Shown piece after piece: positions 55,989 through 64,000 of a DNA stretch of 64,000 bases. The notes beneath the pieces were generated by a model. That model searched no databases and was not told where the DNA came from. It was given only the letters and a program-made list of their open reading frames with translations. Each line of letters begins with the position of its first letter. The first letter of the stretch is position 1. Made by a program: the position numbers and the translations under genes. Source of the DNA: Bradyrhizobiaceae bacterium (GTDB taxonomy: Bacteria > Bacteroidota > Ignavibacteria > Kapaibacteriales > Kapaibacteriaceae); contig JAGFIZ010000066.1 in assembly GCA_024103135.1 (NCBI GenBank), positions 12,568-76,567 on the forward strand. Reading direction: 5' to 3'.

Positions 55989-57056
55989 ATGAAACACGTT
56001 CTTCTTATCGGTCTACTCGGTGCAGTAACCGTCAGTGCACAACCACGATTTGAGCAACCACGTGTGGCAACTCCACGCGGACACAATCGCATTTCGGCGA
56101 GTTCGATGGAAGACGCAATGGTTGCACCGGAAAAGATCTTTCGATTGGATCTGTCCGGACAAACAACTGGGATCCCGTCCAACCTGGCTGACCTTGTGAA
56201 TTTGAGAGAGTTGCGGTTAGCCTCGTGCAACCTGTCGAATCTTCCCTCGGCCTTAGCCGCATGTAAGAACCTGGAAGTCCTTGATCTTTCCAACAATGGC
56301 TTTACCAGCATCCCCGCGGTGTTAGCCGAGTTGCCCAACCTGCGGGTACTGGATGTTTCTAACAATCCATTGACGAATCTTGAACCCCTTGCCAACTGCC
56401 AGGGTTTGCAAACGCTGCATATCAAGAACTGTGGTTTGCAGTCAATCCCAAGTTCCGTGGCCTCCAACCCATCAATTCAAGAGATACATGCCAGTGGCAA
56501 CAAGCTCACGAGTTTGCCATCAAGTCTGCAACAGTGCAAGTCACTGCGTGGTTTGATGCTACAGTACAATGCCTTTACCACCGTTCCCGAGGTGATCAGT
56601 TCTATTGGATCACTGCGTGATCTGGATCTCTCTGGCAACAAGCTCACCAGCTTACCCAGCACACTGTTAAGTAAGGACGGACTCGTTTCGCTCAATGTGA
56701 ATGGAAACGCGCTGACATCACTTCCCACGTCGATGGCCTGCTCCACACTGCGTTCGTTGGATGCCGACTCGAATGCCATCACGGTCATCCCGAGCAGCAT
56801 AGGTAAGCTTACCTCACTTGAGCGTCTCTCGCTCATCCACAACAAGCTTTCGACGGTCCCCAAGGAGATTGGGCAGTGTAAGCAGCTGGCGTTGTTGAAC
56901 CTTTCTGCTAACGCCATCACCTCCTTACCCGTAGCAGAGTTAGCCTCGTTACCAGCACTCATGTGGCTGCGTATTGCGAACGAACAACCGGCGCTAAACG
57001 CAGATGGGACGCCGCGTTCGACAACACCTGCACCGTCGGGTGCAAAAAAACCGTAA
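55989..57056 (+). CDS. secreted leucine-rich repeat (LRR) protein
   Basis: Signal peptide. About 12 LxxLxLxxNxL repeats (LRELRLASCNLSNLP, LEVLDLSNNGFTSIP, LRVLDVSNNPLTNL, and others). Confidence 0.8.
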   Translation: MKHVLLIGLLGAVTVSAQPRFEQPRVATPRGHNRISASSMEDAMVAPEKIFRLDLSGQTTGIPSNLADLVNLRELRLASCNLSNLPSALAACKNLEVLDLSNNGFTSIPAVLAELPNLRVLDVSNNPLTNLEPLANCQGLQTLHIKNCGLQSIPSSVASNPSIQEIHASGNKLTSLPSSLQQCKSLRGLMLQYNAFTTVPEVISSIGSLRDLDLSGNKLTSLPSTLLSKDGLVSLNVNGNALTSLPTSMACSTLRSLDADSNAITVIPSSIGKLTSLERLSLIHNKLSTVPKEIGQCKQLALLNLSANAITSLPVAELASLPALMWLRIANEQPALNADGTPRSTTPAPSGAKKP

Positions 57057-57071
57057 ATTCGTAGCTCGCAC

Positions 57072-57148
57072 GGCGGGTGTAGCTCAGTTGGTAGAGCCCC
57101 AGATTGTGGCTCTGGTTGTCGCGGGTTCGAGCCCCGTCACTCGCCCCA
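57072..57148 (+). tRNA. tRNA-His (anticodon GTG) with genomically encoded G-1 and CCA
   Basis: G-1 plus acceptor GCGGGTG/CACTCGC (G4-U69 wobble). Anticodon stem CCAGA/TCTGG with loop TTGTGGC. Discriminator C. CCA present. Confidence 0.8.
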
Positions 57149-57156
57149 ATGCGTAA

Positions 57157-57190
57157 AACGTCATGAACATTGTTCATGGCGTTTTTTCTT
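57157..57190 (+). terminator. rho-independent terminator after tRNA-His
   Basis: AACGTCATGAACA...TGTTCATGGCGTT hairpin followed by TTTTTTCTTTTT. Confidence 0.6.
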
Positions 57191-57258
57191 TTTGATCGCA
57201 ACAGTGGGTTGGGTCGAACCTGCAATTCACCTTCAAAAGGCATAGATTCGTTCGTTGC

Positions 57259-58998
57259 ATGGTCACCTTTGTTCTCCATACCCACCTGCCACACGTGCTG
57301 CATCATGGTACGTGGCCGCACGGTAGCGACTGGCTCTGTGAAGCCGTGGCGGAGTGCTATGTGCCCATCCTCAATGCTTGTCATAGACTGTTAGCGGATG
57401 GGATTCGACCGGGCATTACGTTCGACATTTCACCAGTTCTGTGTGAGCAACTCGCACATCCGGACTTCCCAGCGGTGTTCACAACGTACTGTGAAGAGCA
57501 CATTGCCCTTGCCAAAGGTGATGCTCTCCACTTTGAGAAAGAGAAGAACAGCGAGTTTGCGAAGCTGTCGGAGCAGTGGGCTACGTGGTATGCAGACAGA
57601 CTCGAAGACTTTCGGGACACGTACCAGACCAGTATCGTCGGGGCCTTGAAATCCCTACAGGACAGTGGAGCCATCGAAGTCCTTACCTGTGGCGTTACCC
57701 ACGGTTACTTACCCTTACTGGCCGAAGATGCAAGTGTCGACCTACAGGTTCGGCTTGCCGTAGAGAACTATCAACGACACTTTGGTCGAAGTCCACGTGG
57801 CATTTGGCTCCCAGAGTGTGCATACCGTCCGGCCTATCCTTGGCGTACCTATCTGCCGGTAGCCGCCTATGCTGTTGCTCGAATGAGGGATGGCATTGAG
57901 CAGGTGTTGAGTCGGTACAACCTGGAGTATTTCATTACCGACGAAGGGGCGTTGCAACAAAGCACACCGTTAGGTGTCGAAACGCCGAACGGTAGGGTAG
58001 CCCTGTCAGAAACGTACGGAGAGGCACGCAAACAACTTGAAGCACGCAGTGTGTACCAAGTGTACCGTGCTGGTGGAAACGATCATCAAGAGTCGGTTGC
58101 CTTCTTCACGCGAAATCAGAAGATTGCCTTGCAGGTGTGGAGTGGGGATACGGGGTATCCAGGTGATCCAGACTATTTGGACTTTCACAAGAAGTTCTTC
58201 AGGTCGGCCCTGCGGTATTGGCGTGTTACGGATAACAAGGCCGACATGCAGTACAAGCAGTCATACGTTTCGGAGTGGGCAGAGCATAAGGCCATCGAGC
58301 ATGCAAAGCATTTTTCGGATATCCTTGAAGTCACGGGCAGGTATCACCTTGGTGAGTCAGAGCAACTACCGACCATCTGTCTGCCCTTTGATACCGAGCT
58401 CTTCGGGCATTGGTGGTTCGAGGGTCCGCTCTTCCTCGAACACGTCATCCGTAACATTCATGCATCGCACATTCTATCGACCTCTACCACATCGGAGAAG
58501 CTTGATCTCCTGAAGCCAACCATGGTTGTCGCACTACCTGAGAGTTCCTGGGGCAGAAACGGTAACCACGATGTGTGGATGAACCCTGATGTACAATGGA
58601 CATGGGAGCGTGAGTACAAGCTGGAGAATCGTATGCGCATGCTGATGGAAAAGCATAAGCATGGTACATGGGACTCGCTGATGAAGCGACTTGTGCTTGC
58701 TGCCTTCCGTCAGATGCTGCTTGCACAAGCATCGGACTGGCAATTCCTCATTACCACGTTCTCCTCGCGCGAATACGCGGCAATGCGCTTCCACAACCAT
58801 GCAACCGATGCGATGCAGCTTGCCGATGCAGCAGAGCGGTATGCGGTAAGTGGGGGCATCAGCGTAACGGACAGACAGGTACTCGAAGCGTGTGAAGAGC
58901 GTGACAGCGCCTTCCAGACAGAGCTGGAACACTATCTGTTCGGTGGCAGGATCAAAGAGTCAGGAAAGTCAGATACCAGTACCAAACATCATCAATAA
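57259..58998 (+). CDS. glycoside hydrolase family 57 protein (GH57 1,4-alpha-glucan branching enzyme type, DUF1957 C-terminal)
   Basis: N-terminal FVLHTHLPHV...WLCEA and ...WGxxG...DxWMN... regions are typical of GH57. 579 aa. Confidence 0.8.
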   Translation: MVTFVLHTHLPHVLHHGTWPHGSDWLCEAVAECYVPILNACHRLLADGIRPGITFDISPVLCEQLAHPDFPAVFTTYCEEHIALAKGDALHFEKEKNSEFAKLSEQWATWYADRLEDFRDTYQTSIVGALKSLQDSGAIEVLTCGVTHGYLPLLAEDASVDLQVRLAVENYQRHFGRSPRGIWLPECAYRPAYPWRTYLPVAAYAVARMRDGIEQVLSRYNLEYFITDEGALQQSTPLGVETPNGRVALSETYGEARKQLEARSVYQVYRAGGNDHQESVAFFTRNQKIALQVWSGDTGYPGDPDYLDFHKKFFRSALRYWRVTDNKADMQYKQSYVSEWAEHKAIEHAKHFSDILEVTGRYHLGESEQLPTICLPFDTELFGHWWFEGPLFLEHVIRNIHASHILSTSTTSEKLDLLKPTMVVALPESSWGRNGNHDVWMNPDVQWTWEREYKLENRMRMLMEKHKHGTWDSLMKRLVLAAFRQMLLAQASDWQFLITTFSSREYAAMRFHNHATDAMQLADAAERYAVSGGISVTDRQVLEACEERDSAFQTELEHYLFGGRIKESGKSDTSTKHHQ

Positions 58999-59003
58999 AT
59001 GGC

Positions 59004-59879
59004 ATGAGCGCTGTACTCGAACAGTTACGTATTCATCAATGGTTGAAGAATCTGCTGGTCTTTGTGCCCTTGGTATTGGCCCATGAGTTTCAGAATACAC
59101 AAAGCTTCGTTACAACCTTGCTGACGTTTGTGGTCTTCAGCGTAGTTGCCAGTGCAATGTACGTGATGAATGATCTGGCAGATGCGCGCCACGATGCACT
59201 ACATCCTACCAAGAGACACCGTCCCATTGCCTCAGGTCGACTCTCACGAACGGTTGCACGGGCAATGCTCGTTACGCTTGTGCTTATTGCCGTCAGCATA
59301 TGCACCATTGCCTTGCCGAAGGTCGTCTGGGTATGGCTTGCTGCCTACGTTGTGATGAACCTTGCCTACACCTACTGGCTAAAGAGCGTTGTGTTGATCG
59401 ATGTGTTGTTGCTAAGTCTGTTCTACACGCTTCGTCTTCTTGCTGGCGCTGCTGCGGCTGACGTCGAGGCATCGCCGTGGCTTCTTGCGTTCTCGTTGTT
59501 TGTCTTTACGAGTCTTGCCTTTATGAAGCGTTATACCGAACTACTCGACAAGGGAGATTCTGAAGAGGTTATCTCAGGCAGAGGGTATCGACCAAGCGAT
59601 GCTTCGATGATTGGCGTGTTGGGACCAGTGATGGGCGGAATAGCCGTCCTCGTGTTTGTCCTCTATCTGAACAGTCCAAGTGTTGTTGAATTGTACTCGA
59701 ACCCCCGAATCCTTTGGCTGTTAACGCCGCTGATTTTGTATTGGGTGTCGTACATGTGGATGAAGGCGCATAGGGGAGAGATGCACGACGATCCAGTTGC
59801 GTTTATTCGCACGGATGTGCCATCGTATGTTGTGTGTGCGTTTTCTGCAGCCATTCTTGTGTGGGCTCAGTTGTCATGA
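59004..59879 (+). CDS. UbiA-family prenyltransferase. Decaprenyl-phosphate 5-phosphoribosyltransferase (Rv3806c/UbiA)-like.
   Basis: QWLKNLLVFVPLVLA and VVFSVVASAMYVMNDLADARHDALHPTKRHRPIASGRL are closely similar to the Rv3806c segment ...VVFSLAASAVYLVNDVRDVEADREHPTKRFRPIAAG.... NDxxDxxxD motif and 8 TM. Confidence 0.8.
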   Translation: MSAVLEQLRIHQWLKNLLVFVPLVLAHEFQNTQSFVTTLLTFVVFSVVASAMYVMNDLADARHDALHPTKRHRPIASGRLSRTVARAMLVTLVLIAVSICTIALPKVVWVWLAAYVVMNLAYTYWLKSVVLIDVLLLSLFYTLRLLAGAAAADVEASPWLLAFSLFVFTSLAFMKRYTELLDKGDSEEVISGRGYRPSDASMIGVLGPVMGGIAVLVFVLYLNSPSVVELYSNPRILWLLTPLILYWVSYMWMKAHRGEMHDDPVAFIRTDVPSYVVCAFSAAILVWAQLS

Positions 59880-61177
59880 CGAGACTGATTGAAAGTTGGG
59901 GACGATACCCGCGGTGTACACCACGAGCAATTGCAACGCTTCCACAGGCATGTATCACGTCGGCTGAAACCATCGGAGAATACCTAGCCCCCTACCAGCC
60001 ACCGTACTTGTCGTTCGGGTTGCAGCGCAGCTATGGTGACGTTGGCTTGAACGACGGCGGCACGATGATCGACACGTCGATGCTGACGGGAATCATTGCA
60101 GCCGACTTTGACACTGGAGTGATTACGGTTGCAGCGGGTACATCGCTTGATGCGATCATTCGCCAAGTAATACCACGTGGCTGGATGCTGCCGGTTGTGC
60201 CTGGTACGCGATGGATCACCGTCGGCGGAGCAATCGCCAACGATATTCACGGTAAGAACCATCACATAGCTGGATCGTTTGGTAATCATGTGCTGGAGAT
60301 TGGCTTGTGGTGGAAGGGGGCATTCGACACGTGCTCAGCCGTTCATAATGCCGACGTGTTTAGGGCGACGATTGGTGGACTAGGGCTAACGGGATTGGTA
60401 GTCTGGGCAACCATACAACTCGAGAAGGTGCAGTCGTCCCTCCTGGACGTGTGGACAAGCAAGGTAACGCTCGATGCAATGGTGACGTCGTTGCACAGGG
60501 CAGACGCACGGTATCCGTACTCCGTTGCCTGGCTTGATGTACAACGACAGCGTGGTCTACTTCAGTTGGCAATGCCAAGCAACGTCAGCAATCACACTGT
60601 TCCTCCAAACCACAAGGTGAATGTGCCACGCTGTTCATCGTTGTTCGTAAATGATCTAACCGTGGGGATTGGCAACGTTGCATACTTCCATGCCTTAGCG
60701 ATTCGATCGGGCAAGCAAACGACATCGATGACAAAGTTTTTCTTTCCGTTGGATGTCGTGAACAACTGGAATGTTGTGTACGGTAGAAGCGGATTTCTTC
60801 AGTACCAGTTCGTTGTTCCAAGCGATCAATGGGAGCGCTGCATTCATCAAGTGTTGAACGTACTTCGCACACATGGTGTGGCCTCGTATCTAGCTGTGGT
60901 CAAGACCTTTGGCACCGTTGCTTCGAAAGGCATCATGTCGTTCCCCATGCCAGGTGTTACCCTTGCCATGGATGTTCGTAACACCCCAACAGCACGGAAG
61001 GCGCTCGATGAGTGCGACGTGGTTGTTGCCGAAGCCGGTGGCAGGGTGTACCTTGCAAAGGATGCCAGGTTATCTCCAAAGGTGTTTGCGGACATGTATG
61101 GAGAGCAACTCAAGGAGTTCAGTCAGCATGTCGACCCGGCCTTCTCCAGCTCGTTGTGGCGTAGAGTGAATGGCTAA
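59876..61177 (+). CDS. FAD-dependent oxidoreductase, DprE1-like (decaprenylphosphoryl-beta-D-ribose 2'-oxidase homolog)
   Basis: [32 protein letters not shown] is nearly identical in pattern to the DprE1 segment [32 protein letters not shown]. Also [10 protein letters not shown]. ATGA overlap with the upstream gene. Confidence 0.85.
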   Translation: [433 protein letters not shown]

Positions 61178-61234
61178 ACCACTTCGGCGCAGACATCGAT
61201 CACCACTCATTGCCCATCATTTAGACCACGCACT

Positions 61235-61993
61235 ATGATTCGTAGATCAAAGGCCAGACCAAGAACAATGGTCATCATTGGAGCACTAAGTGCAATTGCC
61301 AAGGGCGTTGCACAGGAGTATGCAAAGGCCGGATCACGGTTCTTTCTCGTTGCAAGAAACGAGGAAGCGCTTCTTGAGCTTGCAAAGGAATTGCAGACGC
61401 TTGGGGCTGTACAATGTGTGGTCTACGTCGCAGATGTCCGCCAGCGTGATAGCCACGCTGATGTAGTCGAACGCTGTGTGGCAGACCTAGGCAGGATCGA
61501 TGTTGTGCTTATTGCCCACGGGGTGTACCCTGATAGAGAGATTACTGCTGGCGATGTCGATATCATGCTCGATAGTTTCATGACCAATGCCGTGAGCACC
61601 ATTTCGTACATGCATCGCTTTGGTGACGTGCTCAAGCAACAAGCACACGGCCTGCTTGCCGTACTGTCGAGCGTAGCTGGTGATAGAGGACGGCTGAAGA
61701 ACTATCACTACGGCAGTGCGAAAGCTGCTGTTTCGGCCTATGCTTCGGGTCAGAGGGCAGAGCTTGCCGACCACAACGTGCGCGTCCTGACGATCAAGCC
61801 TGGTCCGGTTTCGACGCCAATGACCACACACACCGACATGCCCCTACAGGTATCCGTAAGTCGAGTAGTCCCCGATATCGTCCGCGGCATCGAGGAACAA
61901 CGATGCGTCGTGTACACCCCATGGTATTGGAGGTGGATCATGCTCGTAGTACGCATGATTCCAGAGCGGTTGTTCATGAAACTTAAACGATAG
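61235..61993 (+). CDS. short-chain dehydrogenase/reductase, DprE2-like (decaprenylphosphoryl-2-keto-ribose reductase homolog)
   Basis: SDR Rossmann N-terminus. YxxxK (YHYGSAKAA). The C-terminal RWIMLVVRMIPERLFMKLKR parallels the DprE2 tail YVMMVLRHIPRSIFRKLPI. Confidence 0.8.
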   Translation: MIRRSKARPRTMVIIGALSAIAKGVAQEYAKAGSRFFLVARNEEALLELAKELQTLGAVQCVVYVADVRQRDSHADVVERCVADLGRIDVVLIAHGVYPDREITAGDVDIMLDSFMTNAVSTISYMHRFGDVLKQQAHGLLAVLSSVAGDRGRLKNYHYGSAKAAVSAYASGQRAELADHNVRVLTIKPGPVSTPMTTHTDMPLQVSVSRVVPDIVRGIEEQRCVVYTPWYWRWIMLVVRMIPERLFMKLKR

Positions 61994-62155
61994 GTAACGC
62001 TACGTCCCTTGCTGACCGTGCTAGACATCACAAGCTTTCAGCATAGCATCCCACGTCCTCCGAACAGCAAAAAGAAACGCTCGCCACACGGTAGTGTAGC
62101 GAGCGTGTATTGTTCTTGAGTAGGTAGCGAGCCTTTGAGAAGGCCAGTCACGTCC

Positions 62156-62758
62156 CTAGATCGCCGAGGCCTCGAAGTTCAGTGTAAGATCTACTGTACC
62201 TTCGATGTGAGTAGCACTAGCAGGACCCGTATTCATCGCACCATAGTCCACGCGAACGCAGAACTTCGGACGCTGAAGGATGAGCTTGACGGCCTCATCG
62301 GCACCCGATGATTTCGGGATAACCAGGGCTGTTCCACCAGCAGGACCGTACATGCCGGCCAACGACACATCGGTCAGGCCACCGATTTCGTACACCTGCG
62401 GGTCGTTGTAAATCGGATCGAACACCAGGTAAATCCGTACATAGGTAAACTTCTGGTCGGCTAGCGTTCCAGAGGTAAACACTGGATTAACAAGCTGGTC
62501 GATCAGTACCTTGAGTTCCTTGACCGTAGCCCCTTCAAACTGATCCTTGTTGTCAAGGTAATCCTTGTTCGTGCTCAGGTCGGCACAATCCTCATCCACG
62601 AATGGGATAACAGGGTTATCCGACTTGGGATGAATGGAAACCGTGATCGGGATCTTGAGCTTGGCTGCATTGGTAATGGCTTCGCAGCCACCGATGAACA
62701 TGGCACATACCATGGCAATTGCCAATGGCAAAGCGAGCAGTCGTAGTCGTTGCCTCAT
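62156..62758 (-). CDS. hypothetical lipoprotein
   Basis: Signal peptide with lipobox (FIGGC). No family assignment. Confidence 0.4.
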   Translation of the reverse strand: MRQRLRLLALPLAIAMVCAMFIGGCEAITNAAKLKIPITVSIHPKSDNPVIPFVDEDCADLSTNKDYLDNKDQFEGATVKELKVLIDQLVNPVFTSGTLADQKFTYVRIYLVFDPIYNDPQVYEIGGLTDVSLAGMYGPAGGTALVIPKSSGADEAVKLILQRPKFCVRVDYGAMNTGPASATHIEGTVDLTLNFEASAI

Positions 62759-62805
62759 TAAACCCTCCCAACAAATAGTGTATTAGCAGGCTTGTTAGAT
62801 ACAAT

Positions 62806-64000
62806 TTACGTAGGGTTCAGTGCAAATCCTTGAGAACCAGCGTCGGGCTTCTTTTCTGGAGCTGGCTGTGCACTAGCCCGAACCTTTTCACGGAAGGCCG
62901 CAACATCCTTGACGATTGGGGGGAGTTCGCCACCGCCCATCAAGATGTCAAGTTCCTCGTTATCCAGGACTTCGCGCTCCAGGAGGGCTTTTGACAGCTT
63001 ATGAAGCAAGTCGATGTTCTCCTGCATCAAGGATTCGGCCTTGTGCTCGCTCTCGACGATGATGCGCCGAACTTCCGAGTCGATAGCTCGGGCAGTTTCT
63101 TCGCTATGATCACGAGGTTGGGAGATTTCTCTACCTAAGAATACCTCGTCGTGCTGGGCGGCGTAGCGTACAGGACCAATCACGTCGCTCATACCGAATT
63201 CGCAAACCATCTTTCGTGCAATGGCTGTTGCTCGCTCCAGGTCATTCGAAGCGCCAGTGTTGAGCTGACTGAACACCACCTTTTCTGCGGCACGGCCAGC
63301 AAGGAGCACCACCAACCGTGAATGGAGTTGGTCGCGACTCATGGTATGCATTTCTTCGTTAGGCAGGTAACTGGTTACACCCAAGGCCCGTCCGCGTGGG
63401 ATAATGGTCACCTTGTGTACGGTGTCGCTATGCGGCATGAGCTTGCCAGCAAGGGCATGACCAATCTCGTGGTAGGCGGTTGTTTCCTTCTCCTTTTCGC
63501 TCATGACCATGCTCTTGCGTTCAACGCCCATGAGCACCTTGTCCTTCGCATTCTCGAAGTCCCACATGGTAACCTCGACAGAATTCCTTCTGGCGGCTAG
63601 CAGTGCTGCTTCATTCACAAGGTTTGCCAGGTCGGCACCGCTCATCCCTGGTGTACCACGTGCAATGACTTCCAGGTCAACGTCCTTGGCTGTAGGTACC
63701 TTGCGAGTATGTACGGCCAGGATACCCTTCCTGCCCTGCATGTCTGGTCGGTCTACGACTACCTGCCTGTCGAATCTTCCAGGGCGGAGCAGGGCAGGGT
63801 CGAGAACGTCTGGACGGTTTGTTGCAGCAATGATGATGGTACCGCTGTTCTTTTCGAAGCCGTCCATCTCGACAAGGAGTTGGTTGAGTGTCTGTTCGCG
63901 CTCATCGTGTCCACCGCCCAGGCCCGCACCACGGTGACGTCCTACGGCATCGATCTCGTCGATAAACACAATACATGGTGAATTCTTCTTTGCCTGTTCA
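62806..64000 (-). CDS. ftsH: ATP-dependent zinc metalloprotease FtsH (C-terminal about 390 codons; the gene continues past the window end)
   Basis: AAA second region of homology, HEIGHAL zinc-binding HEXXH, and the C-terminal helical domain. Reverse translation at 63970-64000 continues ...[14 protein letters not shown] without a start. Confidence 0.85.
   Translation of the reverse strand, partial: EQAKKNSPCIVFIDEIDAVGRHRGAGLGGGHDEREQTLNQLLVEMDGFEKNSGTIIIAATNRPDVLDPALLRPGRFDRQVVVDRPDMQGRKGILAVHTRKVPTAKDVDLEVIARGTPGMSGADLANLVNEAALLAARRNSVEVTMWDFENAKDKVLMGVERKSMVMSEKEKETTAYHEIGHALAGKLMPHSDTVHKVTIIPRGRALGVTSYLPNEEMHTMSRDQLHSRLVVLLAGRAAEKVVFSQLNTGASNDLERATAIARKMVCEFGMSDVIGPVRYAAQHDEVFLGREISQPRDHSEETARAIDSEVRRIIVESEHKAESLMQENIDLLHKLSKALLEREVLDNEELDILMGGGELPPIVKDVAAFREKVRASAQPAPEKKPDAGSQGFALNPT

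Overview
This is a 64-kb chromosomal segment with dense coding content on both strands and a moderately high GC by eye. It looks like a Gram-negative bacterium of the FCB superphylum (Bacteroidota / Rhodothermota / Ignavibacteriota-like). The basis is type IX secretion (T9SS) C-terminal sorting domains on many secreted proteins, a PorX-type REC-PglZ regulator, and a Bacteroidetes-style TAnnTTTG motif upstream of a tRNA. I call about 60 CDS and four tRNA genes: Val-TAC, Leu-CAA, Pro-TGG and His-GTG (with G-1). I found no rRNA, CRISPR, transposase or integrase.

The background is housekeeping:
- Fatty acid and TCA metabolism: thiolase, acyl-CoA dehydrogenase, and an NAD-isocitrate dehydrogenase with an unusual ~120-aa C-terminal extension.
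- Envelope and stress functions: TamB, AnmK, RelA/SpoT, RuvA, Rho, FtsH (partial, runs off the window).
- Fe-S cluster and cofactor genes: ApbC, Nfu, PdxH, TsaE.

The standout observations are:
1. A three-gene UbiA / DprE1 / DprE2-type cluster at 59-62 kb beside a GH57 branching enzyme. In mycobacteria this is the decaprenylphosphoryl-arabinose donor pathway.
2. At least six T9SS cargo proteins plus a PorX regulator with no partner kinase in the window. The cargo are three tandem BNR paralogs, a DUF4397 protein, a 970-aa redoxin/beta-propeller protein and an M1 aminopeptidase.
3. Complex I subunit genes split into three separate mini-loci (nuoAB, nuoJK, nuoGHI).
4. A clpB gene that stops after the first AAA module, about 50 bp from the nuoI 3' end.
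5. Several intergenic repeat arrays: a GATC-dense tandem repeat between convergent genes, a six-copy CTCATCAYRTGAAA array next to the tRNA pair, and short direct repeats upstream of two genes.
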